NCBI GenBank assembly: GCA_040954595.2
Contig: CM082576.2
Coordinates: 12,527,129-12,591,128, forward strand
Reading direction: 5' to 3'
From: Balanoglossus misakiensis
Taxonomy: Eukaryota > Animalia > Hemichordata
DNA: 64,000 nt
Position 1 is the stretch's first letter. Each line of letters opens with the position of its first letter. Below are positions 1 through 30,800 of this stretch, piece by piece. A program made the position numbers and the translations under genes. Below the pieces are notes generated by a model. That model was not told the DNA's origin. It saw nothing but the letters and a program-made list of their open reading frames with translations, and did no database searches.

Positions 1-89
1 AGTGTGATGTTGTTGATTTTTCAAAATCATCACTGCTTTCTGGCCAACGTGTGTTCAATGTTGGCAAACTGACAGATGATTCTGCATAC

Positions 90-18826
<18,737 letters not shown>

Positions 18827-20019
18827 ATTTTCCGTGAACAAGACTGCAGAGTATCGACCGTTCGCATGTACTGGCGATCCCGTTATAGTCAATGAAACCG
18901 TGCGGAGTATAGATCGAAGCCGGGTGTCAGACGTGCTAATAATAAAAGATCGCCGATCACCAGTCCGTCATCTACAGTGCCTGGCCGCTGACAACCACTT
19001 GTACACTCCGTAGATCCTGTACGTCGACTGTGTCAATGACAATGAATGCGCATACACTTACAGACAAGTCCGAATATACAAACACTGCTTTCGTCACTCA
19101 GGATATATCTCCGGCCCCCGCAGGACATAAGCACCTTCGAAGCTTCGAAAGAAAGTATCTTTGGAAAGGAAGTCTGAAAGTCAGGTACTCAGTGTTTAGG
19201 TCTGAAGGAAAGGGTGGGGCGACGTCTCATTTCGGTCAACGCCGATCACCATATAATAGCCCTGGCAGACACATGCAACCCACGGATCGCGGACAGTCAA
19301 TCGTGTCTGGGAACTGTGATAGCTTCCGAACCTGTATTGTGTAGCGCCGCAAATGAATCATGAATCACGGTGAAAATTGAGTGGTACGCGCGCGCGCAGA
19401 AAGATTTTGACCTCTGACACATTATAAGTGCACCTTGACCCTGTAAAAGTGTAGCGGTCACGTACGTACATAAACTTTCTCAGAATATAAACTGAGATCA
19501 GTGTTTTCTCTCTATGACAATAAATTCATCAATAAAAGAACTATTGTAAACCCTACCTATTTCCGCTTTATTTCATAAACAAATTCTTGCTCTTTGGCGT
19601 TCCTCATTTGGACACGGATGATTTCCCGGAATTTTCAACCCACCCACGCAAACGTTCACCTGGTGTGTGGTATGGAAGTAAAGTTTATTTGTTTAACGTT
19701 GACCTGTTGCTTAGTCGTTAACCCAATTTTTCACCGCTGAAAATAATCGCTTCATGGAACAGACAAACTATTTACACGTACTGCCCTAGCAAGTAGAAAC
19801 AAGTTGAAAATTGGGTTTGATAACTTTCTTGCCTCTCTCATCATGCTCATGAGTGTATGACGGAGACATATTAAGATTTAGCTTTATACATGTATTCGAA
19901 AATGTGATAAAATTTCTACAACTATGTGATGGTAACTGTGTTAAAATGTAAAACTTAGGTTTTTTTAAATAAAAGCAAAGCCGAACTTCCTAGCACAATC
20001 GCCATCACCGGTGCAAAGT

Positions 20020-20097
20020 CTGGTATCCAGACCCCAGTGTAAGATTAGACTCACGCACAGGTGTGTGTCTATCTAAAACACACTGCCTGGATACCAG
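20020..20097. repeat. Imperfect hairpin / inverted repeat in the PLEKHH-SOS intergenic region
   Basis: CTGGTATCCAG (20020-20030) pairs perfectly with CTGGATACCAG (20087-20097), with further inner pairing (CAGTGT/ACACTG, TAGAC/GTCTA). Confidence 0.55.
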
Positions 20098-20127
20098 GTG
20101 CAGCTCGAGTCGGCTTTACTTCCGTAT

Positions 20128-20394
20128 TATAGCCTATTATTTTTACAGTTATGTAGGCCTAATCTAGTTTGATAAAATGTACCTCTTTCTTGTACTAGAA
20201 TTCGCTCCTCCCTTTTTTTTCTACCGACCGCCCACTCAACCAGCCCACCAAGGCTACAATTATAGCTACCGTAATATAGCCTATTTATTTTTATGCTGCA
20301 AAGTTATGCATACCTAATCCAGTTTGCTAAGATGTACCCCTTTCTAGGATTCGCCCCTTCCTTCCTTCCTTTTCCCGTTTTTACCGACTACCCA
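20128..20394. repeat. Diverged direct duplication of about 110-120 bp (20128-20234 and 20275-20394)
   Basis: Both copies read TATAGCCTATT..TTTTA..AGTTATG.A..CCTAATC.AGTTTG.TAA.ATGTACC.CTTTCT..ATTCGC.CCT..TACCGAC..CCCA. Confidence 0.7.
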
Positions 20395-20488
20395 ATTTGT
20401 CGCAGGGTCTCTCCGATATAATGTCACCCTTGGGTGTTTCCTACATTTATAGATAGTGGCAGAAAAAACAGACGCGCGACTCCCTTAC

Positions 20489-20504
20489 GTCGCTAGAGGG
20501 CAAC
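20489..20504 (+). promoter_or_regulatory. CTCF-like motif in the PLEKHH-SOS intergenic region
   Basis: GTCGCTAGAGGGCAAC contains the CTAGAGGGC core shared with the 21300 site, in the opposite orientation. Confidence 0.45.
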
Positions 20505-21299
20505 AGAATTAAAAGTTGCAACGATGTCTGGAGATTTTTCAGCTTCTCCCACGCTGTCAACATTTACTGTAGTGGAGGAATTATAGGCCCAAAGGTGATA
20601 CATGTATTGGGGAAATAGGGGAAGAGCTACACTTACACCGCTGCTTGCATCGTTTGCAATGTTCAATATAACTAACATTTCCTCTTGTCTGGATGGGCAA
20701 AACACATACACCTCTGGTTTCCCCAGAGGTGTATAAGATTTTAATGATGAAGATCTTCACACCAACCATAGACGAGTTTTTGTGCATTTATCGTTTATAT
20801 GATGCTATCCATTTTTATGTTATTAATCAGAATATAAAACCCAGTTTTTTAAAATATTCATATAAATAACTAAAATTCGTATAAATAACTTTTTTCGGTG
20901 TCTATAAAGTTTAGAGTTTTAGAGATATGACCAGGATTCAAAGATGTGAACAGGTGGGTATTAAAGACCGAATGCAAAACTTACAAGATTTTTATTGGTT
21001 TTGTATATTTCGCTTACTGCAAAGTAAATCGCTCCAGAAATTGAGGTTATTTTTGTGTCTATCGGAATGTTTTTTTATGTATAAAGTGCATTTTCTTGCG
21101 TGTCTAGTATTCCGCTTGACATCACAGCCAGTCTATGTACGTCTTACTAAAAATGTGATCGTTGACAACTGAATCTTCGTCCGGACCAAAAATTAAACTG
21201 TCAATTGCAACAATAACATTGCACTTTACCGTACTAACTCGCATACAGATACATGTACTTTGCTATTCGTAAGGTGTGCATAAGAAATCACTTCCACCA

Positions 21300-21317
21300 G
21301 TGGCGCCCTCTAGTGTT
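21300..21317 (-). promoter_or_regulatory. CTCF-like motif upstream of SOS
   Basis: The minus strand reads ACACTAGAGGGCGC, a 13/14 match to CCASYAGRKGGCRS. Confidence 0.6.
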
Positions 21318-21845
21318 CTTAAATATTTGTCGTCATGCTGCTGGGCATGCGTAGTGTGATTTTCTTGCAGATCCTGGCTGAATCACGAGTCCAATTTATT
21401 TTTTTGTTTGTTTTGTTTTCCTCTGCTTTGGGTAAATTTAGGCAATGAAGAGTTCCCACGAGGATTCTACGAAATTTTGCATCCAAGGGTAACCGGCAGC
21501 AATCATGTAAGCGTTTGCTACGTCGTAGATCGTCACCGGGGGCTCGATCAACACAGTCCATCAACAACCCAAATGCAGATCGGATTTGTGTAGGCTAGGT
21601 ATATTATACGGTGTTTGTTTTAAGTTATTCTCAAACGTTTCATCACATATTTCGAGATCTTCATGCAAACTTGTCCTGGCCGAAATCGCCGTGTTGGCTG
21701 CACAGTACGCAGGATCCAGTCTCGCACATAGTGCCGCCCCGTAGGAGAAATCAGGCATCGTAACCCAGGAAAAGACTAGGAAAAGGTTTTGCTGAGGACT
21801 TGCTGAGCAGGAACTTATAACTGGACTCACTTGCATGAATTCACG

Positions 21846-24800
21846 ATGCAGAGCTACGATTTTGAAAGCGAGGAGATAGCCTCCAAATGGAAGGGGGTTT
21901 TTGTACCAGCATTACGAAAGGTAAATATTATGTAAGAGTCCTGTACATCTGCTTAGCTGATGTCACATCGATATTTGGTGCAGTTTTCATAATGCCCAGA
22001 TCATTACATATGACAGGCAATGCATACACTGACTGGTAGCCAACAACTTGCAACCAGGATCCACCCTGTTATTTATTAAAGGAAGGAGAAATCGTGTTCC
22101 TTGTTGGTGAAGGGTGTATGCGCCAACACGGGATGTACGTCTCTCGTGAACACGATTTTTCCAAGAAAATGAAAAAATGATGTAATCCGGAGGACATTGT
22201 TGTGGCTGTGCAGAACTTTCCACTCATGATCTGACCGTGATTACTTATACATGCGTGGGGCTGTGTTATTGATGCTGTGCATGTGTTGTTGGCACTGACA
22301 ATTTGCAAGATTTGTGCCAGTGTCTGTCTGGTCGACTTTCTGATTACTTTGTCATTTTTAATGACAAATCTCAGTTTCCCTCAGTTTTAACAGTAAAATA
22401 TAAAGGAAGGATCGCAGAACAGGTCAGCTTGCGATTTCATAAAGATGGCGAGCCAAGTTTATTTTCTGAAATGTTTTTAATAATACCGAGGGATGCTTAG
22501 CAAAACTGGCATCGCTCAAGTTCAAGACTATGCAAAGTTCCAGGAATTGAGTTGGGGTTTCTGGGTGCATGATGTGTTGCAGTATGGTGCGAATTTGGTG
22601 TATCTTCATTCCCACCATTACTGACTGACCTAAACATAAATATTATTTTTCAGTGAATTAATTGCACAGGGCTGAAATAGGTGTCACCACCACGACTATT
22701 AATTGAAATTGGCGTATTAACTATGGCAGAACATATTGCCACAGGTATCAGTGACAATGGCGAGGCTGCAGCGGGCGTTGTGTGCCGAAGTATTAATTGC
22801 ATTATATCAGTCCCTGGAAAGGATCATTTTCAAATGTGTGAGGTGAACTGTCTGTAAAGTGTAATGTATTTGACCCTCCCTCTAAAAAGGACTAATCAAG
22901 AAATGACTCGAGTTTGTTCATTGAGACGTCCTGTCAGTCACCGATAAAATGATTTCCAAAGAAAATGCATGTAATCAAGATTATATTTTTTTAGGCTTTG
23001 TGTCTGTAAAAATATGAACATGCATTGGTATTTTTTTAGATGGAGAGTCGAAAAATAAATGTTGGTTTGCAACCACAGACTGGGGTCAAAGGACTCTGTC
23101 TGGGTATTAGTCAGTCATAATGATTCATATGCAGACATGATACATGACACTGCAGTCTGTGGTTGAAACTGACGCAGTCATCAACCTCTCTCACAGCAGT
23201 CCTCTGATTGGCCGGCGTGAGGTCATCGCTTGACCTCATCCACAGGTGTGTTGTTCATTAGCATAACTTCCAAATAATTCTTATTGATGCAATGTCGTTG
23301 TGGGCTTCTTCAGACTTTGCGAACCTGTGTGCCAGGGGCTTTGGGTTGGCCATATATCTATTATTAGTTTGCAGTGCCATGCTGTGATTTCTGTGTTAAA
23401 TTTCAAAACTCCTTGTGCAGTTATAAATGAAATGTTTGTGTTTCCATGTCCTAATCCTGCTTTGTTAGGTCACCAAGACATAGTATATATAAGAATTCAG
23501 TTTGTGTTAAGTGACTGACCTGTTTCAATACAAACATTATCATTATGAAAGAGTGAGAAAGCATGCAAGCACAATATAATGATTCTTTGCATTTTATTGT
23601 AGTTCTGATCTATTGTGCAACGAGAACAGGTGTTGTGTGCATGTATATATTGATGTACAGTGTAGGCACCTGAAGTTCATAGAATGGAGTGAATTTCTTC
23701 AAAGTTGCTTTCAATTGAAGTTATACTTTCATATACTTTATGCTCAACTTACACAATGTGCTATACTTCATTGTATTGGACGAGTTAAACTAAGGAACTG
23801 TCTGAGTTTGTTGTGTGTTGAAGGAAATAGAAATACTTGCATACATTTCAGGTCAAGTGTTTGTTTCTAATTTGCCGACACTGGGCTACTAATGGTTTTG
23901 TGCAGTGTTGGTGCATTGCCAATATTGTTCATGCATCTTGTGCTGTTGTTGGTGGTGGTATAACTTCTATTGTTAAACTGTATTTGTGATGAGGCAGTGA
24001 GTGAGGTGCTCAATTTGCTAGCCTGGATTGCCTGTGGGTTAGCCCAGAGCTGACACAGTTGGAAGCTTAACTTTGAGCTCTACTGTAGATTCATGGAAGG
24101 TTGTTAAATTTTCAGCCCTTTGAAACATAACTTTGGAAACTGTAGACAAATGAGGATGCTGTCAGAAATGACACAGAGCCTCATCTGGAGCCAGTTTTGA
24201 GAGAGAAAGGGCATCTTACTCTTTGATGGGGGTGAATGCTCTCTCTGTGTTACAGCTTGTGGCTAATATGTAATACCCAGTGGCTACAACTTGTCCAACT
24301 GCACATCGTACGATCGGTTATCACCACCTCACACTTTCGAACTTTTGATAACAGACTTTGCCCATAGACAATTGTCTGTGCTTTGATGTATGAATTCAGT
24401 TATTTGAACTAATATAGTGTGTGGGGAGCGACAGACAAGAAAGTTGGCTTGAGATGTTGCCTCATTTGCATAAGAGCTTACAAGACAATGGCCAGCTTCC
24501 AGACAGACAGTCGTACATAAAGACCATGTCAAGGACTTGGGTTTAAGAGAGAGAAAGTGCATTGGGACCCGGGCACCAGAACATGAATTGGAGACAGTTG
24601 TTTCGATACAAACTACTTTACTTACATTTTCTAAACTTTGAGATCTCTTTGTGACACTGACAGGTATTCATCCAGTGTGTACATGTAGGCACGAAAGTTT
24701 GGCCGCTTTAGCCAGTGTTAAAAAATCACATCCCGAGCAGCTGTGCACTGCTGGGGTTGCGTGGTTTTATGAGGGATTTTAGTGCAGAGCAATAAGATAA

Positions 24801-27800
24801 ACTTTAAATGGTAATAATGTGTTTGATGTGGATATGTGTGGGTTTAATATTGTCATATATGAATTTTGGCACTGACACTGTGAAATCTGTTCCAGGTGAG
24901 TATTAATACTCTGTGTAAAACAATATTTCAAGAATTGAGCCCAGGATGGTCAATGTTTAAGATGGAAACTTGTCGCATCACAAATTGACACAAAGATGAT
25001 CGTGTGTTTCCCCGCAAGGTGCAAAGACAAGTTCACCCGTCACTGATAGCCAAGGAGGACGCCCTGGAATACATCGAGGAGCTGATCCTGAAGCTGCTGA
25101 CCATGCTGTGTGCCAACCAGCCGCACAACGTCCACGAGGTGGAAGACCGCGTGCAGAAGACGTTCCCCCACCCCATCGAGAAGTGGGCCATCAGCGACGC
25201 ACAGAATGCCATTGAGAAGGGCAAAAAGAAGGCCCCCTTGGTCATACCGGTGGATAAGATTCATCCCATGTTGAGGGTAAGTGGGGGAAACTTCATACGA
25301 TAGCGGTGACCTCAGGGGACATAAGGTGAACAATAGTATTGTTGCATCATACATGTAGTCTATATTTTCTGTAGGATGTGCTTTGAAAAATGATACAAAA
25401 GTTGTATGATAATACTAAGGGTATGTTGATAATGATATTAATTAAAACATGCATATGATTAATGAAACTAATTACACATGAGCTCTTACAATTTATTTTT
25501 GAACTTTACATTTGCAGGAAGTATTAGGTTACAAAATAGATTACCAAGTTACATTGTACATAGTAGCTGTCATAGAGTATATAACTGCCGACATTCTGAA
25601 GGTAAGTCTGTCATTATGTCAGGAATTTGCAGAGTGTGAAGTTCGAAAGAGAGTCATCGGAAGTTTGCATGTATTAATTCTTTGAAAAGAGGTGTGCTGG
25701 GGAAGGGCATAATAAAAAGATGTGGTTGATATTTTGTAGTATCTATAATGCATGATTGAGAGTGTATCAGAACATGCACGCGCATGCACACACACACACA
25801 CACACATATACATGCAGGCAGGCAGACATGCATGCATGCATGCATGCATACAGACATTCACATACATACAGACACATACATACATATATACATACATACA
25901 TACATACATACATACATACATACATACATACATACATACATACATACATACATACAGACAGACAGACATACATACAGACAGACAGACATACACACATACA
26001 TACATACAGATGTACACATAAACACCTACACTTAGATGCATACCGAGATGGACCCTCATATCCATCCAGCTGTTATCCTATTGTGGTATAGACAACATAC
26101 CAAACAAGTGTTTCATATGCTTGGCTACTACTTAAGTGTAACACAGTCACCGCAGGACTATGTGGTTTGTGCGCTCGCTGACGAGCAGAGGACAGTGTGT
26201 GATTAATGTGACACAGACACAGCTGTTCAAGTTTTCAACGATGAGCTCCCGGATACTTATTTGATCCAGTAACTAATATATAATGTTGATACTTGCGTGG
26301 TCTGTAATCTTGCATTCAAATTGCACTGCGTGCGGCGGTGTCTACCCCAGCAGAATTTATCCTCAAAAGAATTATTTAAAAAGAAGCTTACAAAGTATTT
26401 GCTTTTTTTTCTCTTTGTAGTTGGCAGGGAATTATGTCCGAAATATACGGCATGTGGAAATGTCGTGTCAGGACATCAAGGTTGCAATGTGTGCAGACAA
26501 GGTATTTGTTTACATCCTTATGTCATTTGTTTGTTTTATATATTTGTCATGTTTGGTGTTGTTGTTTTTGCACATTTTTTATCAAAATATTGAAAAGAGA
26601 GTTTCTGTGAAAGTGTTGCAATGACTAAAGTGTGACTCATCCTGACCGTTGTTTTCCGTGAAAAAATGTCACGGTCTCGAGGGACCAATTAAGAGAATTC
26701 ATGCCAGCAGACACCATGAAGATGGTGGGCTCAGTCTGTGGGAACCGTCATCACTAAACCCTGAGTCATTGCACACAACATGTGACCTATGCTGTTGAGG
26801 AAAAAAGTCTTCATCCAAAACGTGCCTTGATATTGTACATTGTGGCACTGTTTTCTAAGTAGAATATCTTACAACTAGAGGGTTAATCTTAAGAAAACAG
26901 GTGACACAGAGGACATTTGTGCATTTATGAGATATTTGTGAAAAAAATGAGAATTTTGAAGTTGCACCTTGATCTGTTAGAAATTGCACTTTCAGAAATG
27001 TTAATAGTGACCCCTGCTTTGATCTGATTGGCTGTTGTATGTGACTCTCGCCAGGTGCTGACAGACATGTTCCACCAGGATGACGAGATCTCCGTCATCT
27101 CATTGGTGGAAGAGGAGCCCGTGAGGACGGGGACGCTGACGTACGACGAAATTGTGAAGGACATGATCATGGAGGAGAAGCAGTACATTCGTGATCTCAA
27201 CATGATCATCAAAGTTTTCAGGGAACCGTTTGTGCTAGAGAAAAAGCTCTTTACTGAAGAGGTATGACTGTAGAGTTCTTTCACAGTTTTTAATTTGCAT
27301 AAATTTAACATATTAATTTGCATGTATTTGCATATGTATTTGAAAGTATGGCTGACTTCGTAGATTGAGACAAACATTGAAATCTTACCCCAATCTATGA
27401 AGTAATGAGCAAGGCAAAACATAATAACACTACAAAGAAAGTTTATGTAAATTACAGAAACTGGGTATCTTTCTGTGGATACTGAGGGTATGAGAGAGGG
27501 TATGTGTGATGACGCACAAAGTAGTGATTAATGCGATCTTTTCCGATTGTTTTCCCGAAAGCAACGGAAATGTAATGGCAGGTTTGAAAGAATACAGTCC
27601 ATCCAAACAACAAAAGTAGATGAGCTGTGTTCAAAAGTATAATGTTGGTTTCACTTTCACTCTGTTCATTGACCTCATATGACCTGTGATAGACAAGGAT
27701 AGTAATCCATTCTCCCGTATCATGTGTTACATGTACTTTCTTGCAATGTGTGTCAATATCTAACGTACTCTTGTTTCAGGAAATATACAGAAAGTTGCTC

Positions 27801-30800
27801 AGAACTCAGAAGATACAGAAAATCTTGTTACATTTCTCATAACCCTGAAACCAAAATTTATTAATACATATTTCTGTCAGGGAGAGTTTCACGCTCGCTC
27901 CCTAAGAGTGTAGTTTCAAATTACGCATTGCTGTATAACCAATAAAATTATGGTCCTTAATCGACTCACGGCCATTTTGTTTTCTCTTCTGCACTTTGCC
28001 AGGATGTGGATAGTATATTTGCCAATATTGTGGACGTGTACGAGTTTTCCGTAACTCTCCTTGGTTTGCTGGAAGATGCTATTGAGATGACAGATGATGG
28101 CAACACAGGCCCGGCAATCGGAGAATGTTTTGAAGAAATGGCCGAGGTTGGTAGTTTATATTTCATCTGTTGAGTCACGTGCCAATCAGAAGAAATTAAG
28201 ATATTAAATTTAAGAGTTTTGTCCTAAGCATGAGAACAACTGAACGCTCAGCTTGACAACTTTGTATGCTAGTGCCTTATAGTTTGATCTAGACAGATAA
28301 GTGTTTCAGTGGATCGAACCATATGTACTTTAGACGATTGGAGTGTTTTGAAGAATTCCACGAGTCCATGAGACGTGTGTTGTATGTCTGTGCATTGTCT
28401 TGTTTGGAGATGGTCAGCCATAGTTTCATAAAGCAAAGATGAGCTCTGTCTTTGCAGCAGATACAGGAATTACCCCCCCCCCCCTCCCCCTCACAGCAGA
28501 GACAACACAGATCTTGGTTGCCGTTTTGAATTTCAAATATTATTTGGCAAGTTTCTTGTATCTGTTTCGGTCGTCCAGTCATTGCACTGTTGTCTGCAGC
28601 AGTGACGACCGTACATTATATTTTATAACTGCTGTTTGACTGGTGCACGTGCAGCCACTGTGTGAAGTCTGCCCGTATTCTTTTGATACATAAATGAACT
28701 GAGATCCAGACACGAGACTGTTTTTGTAACAAAGTTGATCCTGACTGTACTCTCACTGCATGCAGTGTGAAAGGTGGTGATCTGATATGTTTCAGGAAGT
28801 AAAACAAAAAATGAGTGATTTATATTCTCTCTAGACTATATGTTTCAAATTAGTTTTGCTTCTGCCAATAACCAGGTTGTGCCTGGCACACCGCGACACC
28901 TTAATAAGGCCATTCAGTCATGGAGGCACGGTTTTCATGCGGCACATTCTTAGATTTCTGTAATCCTGGTGAACTTTGTCCCACTAATCAAAGGGCAAAA
29001 GATGTAAACAAGTGTGTCTGCGTAAAAGCTCCAAGCACATTGTAGTCTGGCTTTGCAGTATGATTCAGATATGAGAAAAATGTTCCGTATTTGTAGTGGG
29101 TAAAACAGCTTTAGGTTGTTGTTTGACTTCAATGGTGCGAGACAATAATTTAATGATTGATAGTTAATCTTATGCATATAAATCAATTTCAAATGAGTTT
29201 CTATTGAGATCTCCATTACAAAATATATATCTTCTGAAAACTATATCATTTGTTCTCTGAATGTAAACAAAAATGTCCTTGGTGGTTTCGGACTGCCCTG
29301 GGAATACTAAATGTGGACAAAGAAGGAAAGTGAGCCGTATAAACCATATTAAACTTACAATTTTTCAAGTAAACTTCTCTCTGCACCCCCAGAATATGAA
29401 TATGACTGTCAATCACAAAACATGACATCACAAGAATTTGCATTTATCTGACAAAATACTTGTATGATGGTGTTGTTCATCTTCAAATAGAATGACTGTT
29501 GTTGGTAGTTTTGCCGTTAGTGGTCCCTTCTGCTGGGCGCGTATAGTTTGGAGCTTATAGAGTGGCTTTCTTCTGTCTGTCCGTCTGTCTGTGCATCTGG
29601 AGACATATCTAGGGCATGCCTTAGAGGGGCGTGTGCGATGCCCAGTCGACCTTTTGATCAGGACATGTTACACAGCAGGTGATGGAGTTGAAAACCTAAC
29701 AAACTGAATTTTTGAAACATTTGTCTGAATTTTGAGTTTTTAGTAACAAACTTTGTCTTTTGCAGGGTCAAGAGTTTGAAGTCTATTTCTATTATGCATC
29801 TGCCATGATGGAGAAGAAGCACCGGATGAGACTGAATGAACTTCTGTCAAGAACCCATGTTGCACTTTACTTTCAGGTTAGTGTAACAATCACACATTCT
29901 CAAATCTTATGGAAATAGTGATAAATCATGAAAGAAAGAAAAAATGTGTTTTCATGTTTTGTATTTTGTTTCTATTGCAGTCGATGGGCCAGGGTTTTAA
30001 GGAGGCCGTGCAGTATGTTCTACCAAGATTGCTCTATGAACCAATCTACCATTGTTTACACTACTTTGAACTTCTTAAGGTAAAATTGCCATTTTTTTGT
30101 CTTTCATAGACCAATAAGTCAGTTATCGTGTTGACTTTTGAAAATTGCATGACTGGAATGGCATCTTTCAGTTACATTTTCAGTACCAAACTCAAAAGTA
30201 TGGTAGTGAGAGTTACAAAAAGTTACTTGCATATAAAAAAGTAGGATAGTATTGAAATTTCTGCCAATCACCTGCACATTCATGATTGATGAAAAAATTA
30301 TTTCAGCAATATTGTGAGCGATCCAATTTTTTTGTTCCAGGTACTTGCAAAAACATCGCCATCTGATGAAGACAGGGAACGCCTGATGGAGGTATGCATT
30401 TCACAATAATCTGCGAACAGTGTTTTGACAAGATGTGACCAGTGAAACACAACCATATACGTACACATTGTAACATAATTGATGTTCAGTATTCATGTGA
30501 CTGCCCTAGATGTAGGTCATGACCCTAAAAGGGCTAGTCACATGACATTGTGTCAGAGTTAGTTAGTTGTTCTCTGACTTCCCAAATGTGTGGATATAAA
30601 AGCTGTACATTTAGAAACTGAAAGTGACATAGTATCCTGGATTGAATTGGATCAAATATATGGAGTTCCACTTCTGCAAAAGTATTCCATAATAAATAAT
30701 CCTCAATGGGTATTCGCTGTTTTGATTTCACCGATGATATCATGGCCCGCTGAGCCGTCTTTTTCCCACCAATTAAAACGAACTGTTAAAATTTAGAGCA

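Noticed and set aside
25619-26091. Six overlapping ORFs of 67-148 aa (MYVC/HTYI repeats)
   Set aside because: They are translations of a stop-free microsatellite in SOS intron 3.
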